DNA of 49,077 nucleotides from Teichococcus wenyumeiae (GTDB lineage Bacteria; Pseudomonadota; Alphaproteobacteria; Acetobacterales; Acetobacteraceae): NCBI RefSeq assembly GCF_003696345.1, contig NZ_RFLX01000026.1, positions 1 to 49,077 of the forward strand, read 5' to 3'. Shown piece by piece: positions 43,319 to 49,077 of this stretch (position 1 is its first letter; each line of letters starts with the position of its first letter). The notes under the pieces were generated by a model. It saw only the letters and a program-made list of their open reading frames with translations, ran no database searches and was not told where the DNA came from. The position numbers and the translations under genes were made by a program.

Positions 43319-44659
43319 TCAGCGCGCCTTGCCGTCCAGTTCCGCGCGGGAAGGCCGCGGCGCCGGCAGGCCAGGGCGCATGTCGAATGCCCCGCCGCGG
43401 AAGCCCGGCATGTCGCGCGACATCGGGCCGACAATACCGCCAAGGGCGGCTGCCCGCTCCGAAGGGGCCAGCAGCCGGCCTCGGGGCGGTTCCGGCAGGG
43501 CTCCGCCGCTATCCGGTTCCGTGGCACCGGGCGCGCCGGCCATGGCGCCCGGCCGGATGGCCGCTTCCTGCGGGCTGTGACCGGTGAAGTCGTTGTGCGG
43601 TGTCAGGGGCTGACGCAGGACGCGGATGTCGCCGCTCGAGGGCAGGTCAGGCTGCGGCTGTGGCGCGTGCGGTGCCCCGGCCGGGGCCGCCGAGGGTTGC
43701 GCGCCCACCGGCGCCGCCGGCTGCAAGGCTGGCGCCGCGTCGGACATGGGCGGAGATGCGGCCGGTGGCGCGCTATCCCCGCGTCCATCCAGGATCAGCG
43801 GCAGGCCGGAGCCACCGTTGCCGATGACCACGATCTTGCTGTTCGGGGATTGCGACAGCGCCACCGTTGCCTCGATGCCGCGCCAGCGCAGGAAGCTGTC
43901 CGAGATGGCAGGGCTGACAATCTCCTGGAAGCGGCGGATGCCCTGGGCCTCGATCTCGCGCCGCTGGGCTTCCAGCCGTTCCTGGTCGATGCTGAAGCGG
44001 TAGCGGCGCACCGCCTGGTCGGCGGCGAGCTTTTCCTCGATCGACTGCCGGACGATGGGGGGCAGGGTGATGCTGCGGACGCTGAAGTCGGAGATGACGA
44101 TCAGCGGGCTGCCGGTGGAACCGTGGTTGACGTGAACGGCGGTGAGCTTCTGCTGAAGGCCGGCCGCGATGTCGTCCTCGATGGCGCGGTGGGCGACGGC
44201 GTAGAGCTGCTCCGGAGGGCTGTCGGCGATGCGCTCGCGCACCGAGGCGGCGATCAGCGGCTCGATCAGGCGCGCGGCATATTCCGGGCCGACGGAGATG
44301 TGCAACTCCGGCGCGGAACTGGGAGCGATGACGAAGGTCACCGTGGTTTCCAGCACCAGCGGCAGACCTTCCCGGGTCAGGGAAGTAATGGTGTGGTCGA
44401 TGCGCTGCAGACGGATCGGGTAGAGATACACCCGGTCCCACGGAAAGACCGCCTTGGTGCCCTCACTGAAATGGAAGCTGGTGATGGTGCCGCCCAGGAA
44501 GCGCATCCACAGCACGCCCACATGGCCGGGGGGGATGGTGATGAAGATGCGGTTCCAGAGCAGGATCACCAGAAAGGCCACGATCAGCAGGCCGAAGGCC
44601 CCACGCGCCCACCAGGGGTTGCGGCGGCGCGGGGCAGGGGTGGCCATGGTCACGCTCAT
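43319..44659 (-). CDS. SPFH/band-7 (prohibitin/stomatin/HflC-like) membrane protein with a Pro/Ala-rich disordered C-terminal tail
   Basis: 446 aa. It has an N-terminal TM segment (GAFGLLIVAFLVILLW) and an SPFH-like core (PPGHVGVLWMRFLGG...ITSLTREGLPLVLETTVTF...). About 170 aa of low-complexity P/A/G-rich tail follows. The start overlaps the ABC gene's stop (ATGA). Confidence 0.7.
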   Translation of the reverse strand: MSVTMATPAPRRRNPWWARGAFGLLIVAFLVILLWNRIFITIPPGHVGVLWMRFLGGTITSFHFSEGTKAVFPWDRVYLYPIRLQRIDHTITSLTREGLPLVLETTVTFVIAPSSAPELHISVGPEYAARLIEPLIAASVRERIADSPPEQLYAVAHRAIEDDIAAGLQQKLTAVHVNHGSTGSPLIVISDFSVRSITLPPIVRQSIEEKLAADQAVRRYRFSIDQERLEAQRREIEAQGIRRFQEIVSPAISDSFLRWRGIEATVALSQSPNSKIVVIGNGGSGLPLILDGRGDSAPPAASPPMSDAAPALQPAAPVGAQPSAAPAGAPHAPQPQPDLPSSGDIRVLRQPLTPHNDFTGHSPQEAAIRPGAMAGAPGATEPDSGGALPEPPRGRLLAPSERAAALGGIVGPMSRDMPGFRGGAFDMRPGLPAPRPSRAELDGKAR

Positions 44660-46353
44660 GCGGCGGGAACCTCTGTCATGCGGCCGTCTTCCATGTGGTA
44701 GCGGCGGTCGGCGGCGTCGAAGTAGCGGTCGTCGTGGGTGATGGCGATCACGGCCTTGCCTTCCGCCCGGAGGCGCGGCAGCAGCACGCGGTAGAAGGCC
44801 TCACGCGACTGCGGGTCCTGGTCCGCCGCCCATTCGTCCAGCACCAGCACGGGCCGCTCCTCGGCCAGTGCCAGTGCCAGGGCCAGCCGCTTGCGCTGGC
44901 CCGTGGACAGGGTGCGGGGGTCGAAGCCATCGCGCGGGTCGGCCGGCAGCTTGTCGGCGATGCCGAAGCCTTCCAGCTCCCGCCGCAGGCGGGGCAGCTG
45001 GGCGTCGGTCAGGCCATGGGGGTGACGGAACAGATAGGCGTCGGCGAAGACGGCGCCGAACAGTTCCCGATAGGCGTCGCCCTCCTGCACGGCATCCGAC
45101 ACCGGTGTGCCGTTCAGCAGCAATCGCCCGGCCGTGGGCGGATAAAGGCCGATCGCGACCCGGAGCGCGGTGGTCTTGCCCGAACCGTTGCCGCCGGTGA
45201 CGAACACCACCTCGCCTGCCGCGACCTCGAAGCTGACGGGCCCGACGCGGTAGGCGGCATCGCCGCCCTGCGGGCGGTGCGCGTAGCACAACCCGTCCGC
45301 GCGCAGGGATCGGAAGGGCGGCAGCGATGGCGGCGGCCCCTCGGGCGGCTGCAGGGTGTCCAGCAGCGCTTCGAATTCTTTCAAGGCATTGATGGCGAAG
45401 CGCGCGGTGGCGAGCTGCTTCGCGGCGCCCACCGTGGCGCCCATGGGGCCGATCAGGAACAGAACCACCGCCACCAGGCGGGGAAGATCCGCGTTGTCGG
45501 CGCTGCCCAGGATGGGCAGCAGGAACACCACGGCACCCCCCATCAGGTAGGCCATGGAATTGCCGAACACGATGACGTCGCCGAAGATGCCGGCGGTGAC
45601 CGCGCGTTCCATGCCGGAGCGGGTGGATTGCGTGTCCACCGCGTCCAGCACCGCCGCGCGCTTCCGGTGGTCCAGCCGCAATTCCTTGAAGCCGTCCAGC
45701 AACTCGGCCAGCGCACCGGCCAGCCCGGATTCTGCGGCGGCGGCGGCGCGCATGCGCTGGGCCAGCTCGGCACGCTTGCCCAGATAGGCCTGGATCAGGA
45801 TAAAGAACACGCCCAGGCTCAGCAGCGCCGCCATCACGGACAGCGTGGCGAGGTAGCCCAGCGTCAGCACCAGCAGCACTAGCGACTGCAGCCCTGTCAG
45901 GATGCCGACCATGGCTTCAGAGATGGTTGCGTAATGGCGGGCAAGGCCGCCCTGGAGCTGTTCCCTGGGCAGGGTCTCGAAGCGCCGGAGGTCGAGGCGC
46001 AGCACCTTGCCGGCGATGGCGGTGCGCTGCCGGTCCAGCGCCGCCTCCACCGCGGCCGCCGTGCGCCGCAGCAGGCCACGTTGCAGGCCGCGGTAGAGCA
46101 GCAGCAGCACGACGAACATGAGTCCGTGCCACAGCACCTCGTCCGCATCGCCTTCCACGACCGCGGAACTGTTGAGCATGGCGACGATGCCTGTGCCGCA
46201 CAGGCCGGCAAGGGCGGTCATCACCACCACCTGCCACGGCGCTTCGAGCCGCAGCAGGTCGGTACGCAGGGTCCGCAACGACGGTGCGCGAATGCGCAGC
46301 CGCGCGATCAGCGAGAGCAGACGCTCGCCGAGAGGCGATGCTGCCTCGTTCAT
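44656..46353 (-). CDS. ABC transporter with fused permease and ATPase, cyclic-peptide exporter family (SyrD/PvdE/YojI-like)
   Basis: 565 aa. The N-terminal half is a multi-TM region. The C-terminal half is a nucleotide-binding domain with Walker A (GGNGSGKTT), the ABC signature (LSTGQRKRLALALA) and Walker B (LVLDEW). Size and architecture are typical of peptide-exporting half-transporters found in NRPS clusters. Confidence 0.8.
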   Translation of the reverse strand: MNEAASPLGERLLSLIARLRIRAPSLRTLRTDLLRLEAPWQVVVMTALAGLCGTGIVAMLNSSAVVEGDADEVLWHGLMFVVLLLLYRGLQRGLLRRTAAAVEAALDRQRTAIAGKVLRLDLRRFETLPREQLQGGLARHYATISEAMVGILTGLQSLVLLVLTLGYLATLSVMAALLSLGVFFILIQAYLGKRAELAQRMRAAAAAESGLAGALAELLDGFKELRLDHRKRAAVLDAVDTQSTRSGMERAVTAGIFGDVIVFGNSMAYLMGGAVVFLLPILGSADNADLPRLVAVVLFLIGPMGATVGAAKQLATARFAINALKEFEALLDTLQPPEGPPPSLPPFRSLRADGLCYAHRPQGGDAAYRVGPVSFEVAAGEVVFVTGGNGSGKTTALRVAIGLYPPTAGRLLLNGTPVSDAVQEGDAYRELFGAVFADAYLFRHPHGLTDAQLPRLRRELEGFGIADKLPADPRDGFDPRTLSTGQRKRLALALALAEERPVLVLDEWAADQDPQSREAFYRVLLPRLRAEGKAVIAITHDDRYFDAADRRYHMEDGRMTEVPAA

Positions 46354-46380
46354 AAGTCTATTCCGTAGCGCTATGCAGAG

Positions 46381-46548
46381 TCAGATCCGCGTCTGGCGCG
46401 GGGCGCTGACCAGTAGAATGAGCGCGGTCACGAGAGGGGTGATCAGGATCGAGAGCACAAGGAAGCCCGCGAAGCCGATCTCCCGCCCACGCCCGGCCCA
46501 GGCCACTGCCAGGCACGTCAGGACGTAGAGCAGGAGCAGCAGCGTCAT
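46381..46548 (-). CDS. small hydrophobic membrane protein (55 aa), absent from the ORF track
   Basis: MTLLLLLYVLTCLAVAWAGRGREIGFAGFLVLSILITPLVTALILLVSAPRQTRI has two predicted TM helices. It sits 9 nt downstream of the preceding gene and 27 nt upstream of the ABC gene on the same strand, a spacing that suggests an operon. Confidence 0.4.
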   Translation of the reverse strand: MTLLLLLYVLTCLAVAWAGRGREIGFAGFLVLSILITPLVTALILLVSAPRQTRI

Positions 46549-46557
46549 GGGCGTTGT

Positions 46558-47070
46558 TCAGCCGGCCTTGTTGCGGGTCTTGGCTGAGGTGAACTCGCGC
46601 TGCAGGTCGGCCTGCACCGCATCGGCGCTGAAGGTGCCGAAGGTGCCGCCGCCTTCGAAGTGTCGCACGAAGATCTTGCCGATGGCGTAGGTGGCCGCGG
46701 CGCTGAAGCCCGCCAGCGCGGCCCCGCCCAGCAGCAGCCCGACGCCGGGCACCGCCTTGATGCCCGAGCCCACCACCGCGCCGGCGACGCCGGTGGCCAT
46801 GCCGGGCGCCAGGGTGCCGAGCAGCACGCTGATCAGGGAGCGCGCGCTCTCGCTGGAAATGCTCTCGCCGTAGAGCTTGGCGATGCGGTTGATCATGGTG
46901 GCCTGCACGGCGCCCAGCGCCACCAGATCCACCACCGGCAGGGGAATGATGCCGCAGGCGGCCGACCAGCCGCAGGAATTCGAGATGATCTGGGATGCGG
47001 CCGCCAGACGGTCGCCCTGGCTCAGCACTGCTGGCATGGCGTTATCTGCGTGCTGGGTCGTCGTGGACAT
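46558..47070 (-). CDS. hypothetical membrane-associated protein, DUF697/YcjF-like glycine-zipper region
   Basis: The track ORF extends to 47163, but the ATG at 47068-47070 (MSTTTQHADNAMPAVL) is the more likely start. A Gly/Ala-rich hydrophobic segment (GTLAPGMATGVAGAVVGSGIKAVPGVGLLLGGAALAGFSAAATYAIGKIF) resembles DUF697. The family assignment is tentative. Confidence 0.45.
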   Translation of the reverse strand: MSTTTQHADNAMPAVLSQGDRLAAASQIISNSCGWSAACGIIPLPVVDLVALGAVQATMINRIAKLYGESISSESARSLISVLLGTLAPGMATGVAGAVVGSGIKAVPGVGLLLGGAALAGFSAAATYAIGKIFVRHFEGGGTFGTFSADAVQADLQREFTSAKTRNKAG

Positions 47071-47237
47071 CAAGGTCTGCCTTTGGCTGGGACATGATCT
47101 GACCGCCATGCAATCGCAGGTTGGCGTGCACGGAGCGTATATCGATTTCATTCCGCTGAACAAGGCAGGTTGAGGTCGATCCGCCTTTTATATCCTGTTG
47201 CGATCCACCACAGGTGCCGGATTCACCGTGCCATGCC

Positions 47238-47921
47238 TCATGAGGCGGCCATGCCGTCCCGGATTACCTTGGCGACGGCCGCGAACTGGGTGGACAGAAA
47301 AAAATGATGCCCGGAGAAGCCATGTATGACGACCGGCCGCGTGGTTTCGGCGGTCCAGCTTTCCGCCTGGGTCAAAGTCATCTCGTCCGTGCCATAAAGC
47401 ACCGTAACTGGCACGGGTACGGGCGAGGGTGGGGGCAGCGCTTCCTCCAGCAGGCGGAAGTCGTCGCGCAAGATTCCCTCGAAGTAGTCCATGAAGTCGG
47501 GCACCGCCAGAATCTCGGCCGGAACGCCTCCGTAGGCGCGGATTTCACGCCAGAAGTCATCACGGGGCAGTTGCGAGATGGATTTGCGCTGCCGGGCGGA
47601 GGGTGCCATGGTGCCGGAGGCATAGATGCCCTGCGGCAGCGCCTGCCCGAGTTCCAGCAGGCGGCGGACCAGCGCGTGGGCCAGCAGGGCGCCCATGCTG
47701 TGCCCGAACACCGACCACGTACCCTGTCTCAGTTCCGCGCTCGCCTGCAGGATGTCGTCCACGGCACTGTTGAGGTTTTTGGCCTTTGCCTCGCGGCTGC
47801 GCTTCCCGCGGCCAGGAAGCTCGTGGCACAGCACGGGTACGGCGGGTTCAAGAGCCTGGCGAAGGGGAAGATAGCCGTGCGCAGCACCGCCAGCATGGGG
47901 AAGAACAAGGAGCCGATGCAT
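47238..47921 (-). CDS. type II thioesterase (editing TEII, GrsT/SrfAD-like)
   Basis: 227 aa. N-terminal LLVLPHAGGAAHGY motif and GHSMGA nucleophile elbow in an alpha/beta-hydrolase fold. The size is typical of TEII. Confidence 0.8.
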   Translation of the reverse strand: MHRLLVLPHAGGAAHGYLPLRQALEPAVPVLCHELPGRGKRSREAKAKNLNSAVDDILQASAELRQGTWSVFGHSMGALLAHALVRRLLELGQALPQGIYASGTMAPSARQRKSISQLPRDDFWREIRAYGGVPAEILAVPDFMDYFEGILRDDFRLLEEALPPPSPVPVPVTVLYGTDEMTLTQAESWTAETTRPVVIHGFSGHHFFLSTQFAAVAKVIRDGMAAS

Positions 47922-48109
47922 CTGGAGACGTATCCAAGGAGACGCTTCGGCTTAAGCCGCGCATCCCGTCCGGGCAAGAGACGTTCCCCAGCCGCGGGTC
48001 ACTGCGGAAGATGCGGGCCCCGCGGCAGCCGCATTGTCGGCAGCACGCATCCGGCCTCCGCGTATTGATGAGCGGACTGTCAGGCAGCGAAGGGGGGCCG
48101 TTGCTCTAG

Positions 48110-48892
48110 TCAAGCAGAAGTGGCGGCGACGCTGGTACAGGCTTCGGCAAAGGTCAGCATGCCGTTTGGTTCCGCTGCAAGGCAAGAAACGTGCCGCGTG
48201 GCCACGGAGAGCACATGGCACGGGGTTGGGTGCAGCTGCGTGAAGCGCCACCTGTCAGGTGATCCGGCCTCTTCGGGCGCTCGCACCAGACTAATAGGGT
48301 CCAGCCGCATGGAGAACCTGTCCAGACCAAACGGCAGGCCCGTTCCTAGGGCTTTCACGAATGCCTCCTTGAGCGTCCACAGGCGCAGGAAGTATGCCTC
48401 GTGCTCGTGGGCGGGAAGGAGCCCGATCTTCGTAAATTCCTCCCGCGTGAAGCTGTGTTCCGCGAGTTCCAACACATTGACTGGGCGGGTGATAGCTTCG
48501 ACGTCCACCCCGATATCGTCATTGAGGGTCAATCCGCAGGCGACCAGCCCGCGTGTATGACTGATGTTGAAGCGAAGCTGTGGAAAGTTGAGGGCTGGAT
48601 GCAGTTCCGGCTTGCCTGCATGGTTCCGCATCCAGCGGAGGGCGCCAGGCTCCAGCCCGGTGGCTTCCGCCAGCATCGCCCTCTTGAGGGCATGCGCAGC
48701 CACATAGGATTGGCGATCCTCCTCGTTATGGAAACGCACGGCTCGGTCCCGTTCCTCGGCATCAAGGAAGGACCACCAGGCCGTGGGCATCATTGCGTCA
48801 GATTTGGAGGGGACGCGCCACTGCAGGCGCACCAAGCCGCGTTGAGGCAAACCCCCAGAACAACTGCCTACATCTTCCAGAATCGACTTCAT
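48110..48892 (-). CDS. Sfp-type 4'-phosphopantetheinyl transferase
   Basis: FNISHTRGLVACGL and WTLKEAFVKALGTG are PPTase signatures. The start is uncertain: ATG at 48892, or ATG at 48793 (MMPTAWW), which would give a 227-aa Sfp-sized protein. Neither has a strong Shine-Dalgarno sequence. Confidence 0.75.
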   Translation of the reverse strand: MKSILEDVGSCSGGLPQRGLVRLQWRVPSKSDAMMPTAWWSFLDAEERDRAVRFHNEEDRQSYVAAHALKRAMLAEATGLEPGALRWMRNHAGKPELHPALNFPQLRFNISHTRGLVACGLTLNDDIGVDVEAITRPVNVLELAEHSFTREEFTKIGLLPAHEHEAYFLRLWTLKEAFVKALGTGLPFGLDRFSMRLDPISLVRAPEEAGSPDRWRFTQLHPTPCHVLSVATRHVSCLAAEPNGMLTFAEACTSVAATSA

Positions 48893-49077
48893 GAAGTTGA
48901 GTTTAACACCACTTGGGCGCTTCGATGGAGCTAGATTCCTGCTTCGGAACGCTGAGCTGGTCTGCTTCGTGGCTCAGATCCAGCGACCAGCCGCGACCTT
49001 GTTGCACGGACTAGCGGCTTGGGCGCGGTGAGCCTTACGGGTAGCTCGGGTCAGGCAAGTCGGGCCCACTCCGGACG

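Noticed and set aside
43313-45882. Plus-strand ORFs 43313-44701 (462 aa) and 44695-45882 (395 aa)
   Set aside because: They are antisense to the well-supported SPFH and ABC transporter genes. Their translations are low-complexity with no domains.
47984-48019. Inverted repeat GCCGCGGG...CCCGCGGC in the TEII-PPTase intergenic gap, as a possible terminator
   Set aside because: The loop is long and there is no U-tract. Structure formation cannot be judged without folding, so it is not called as a feature.
1-49077. Search for tRNA/rRNA genes, CRISPR repeats, IS/transposase or integrase genes
   Set aside because: None found. Intergenic space is under 200 nt everywhere. There are no regularly spaced repeats and no transposase-like ORFs, so the cluster does not appear to be on an obvious mobile element within this window.

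Overview
This GC-rich window (about 70% GC, probably proteobacterial or actinobacterial) is almost entirely one hybrid PKS/NRPS biosynthetic gene cluster. Six co-directional plus-strand genes (172-43276) encode a collinear assembly line, listed here gene by gene with '|' marking gene boundaries. Gene 1: FAAL-ACP-KS-AT(malonyl)-DH-cMT-KR-ACP | Gene 2: TubC-type docking domain-Cy-A(Cys-like, embedded Ox)-PCP | Gene 3: KS-AT(degenerate)-ACP-aminotransferase-C-A-PCP | Gene 4: docking domain-C-A(Val/Ile-like, embedded MT)-PCP | Gene 5: docking domain-C-A(Phe, embedded MT)-PCP-E-C-A(Asp-like)-PCP-E | Gene 6: C-A(Thr, embedded FkbM-type MT)-PCP-Cy-A(Cys, embedded Ox)-PCP-TE. The predicted product is a fatty-acyl-primed, bis-thiazole, partly methylated cyclic lipopeptide that contains a polyketide-derived beta-amino acid and two D-residues. 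A convergent minus-strand accessory block (43319-48892) encodes an SPFH/band-7 protein with a long Pro/Ala-rich tail, a SyrD-like cyclic-peptide ABC exporter, an unannotated 55-aa membrane ORF, a DUF697-like membrane protein, a type II thioesterase and an Sfp-type PPTase. No rRNA, tRNA, CRISPR array or mobile element was seen. Most of the other six-frame ORFs are spurious high-GC open frames antisense to or overlapping the megasynthase genes. All domain coordinates are approximate (about +/-50 nt); they come from reading motifs by eye, not from HMM searches.
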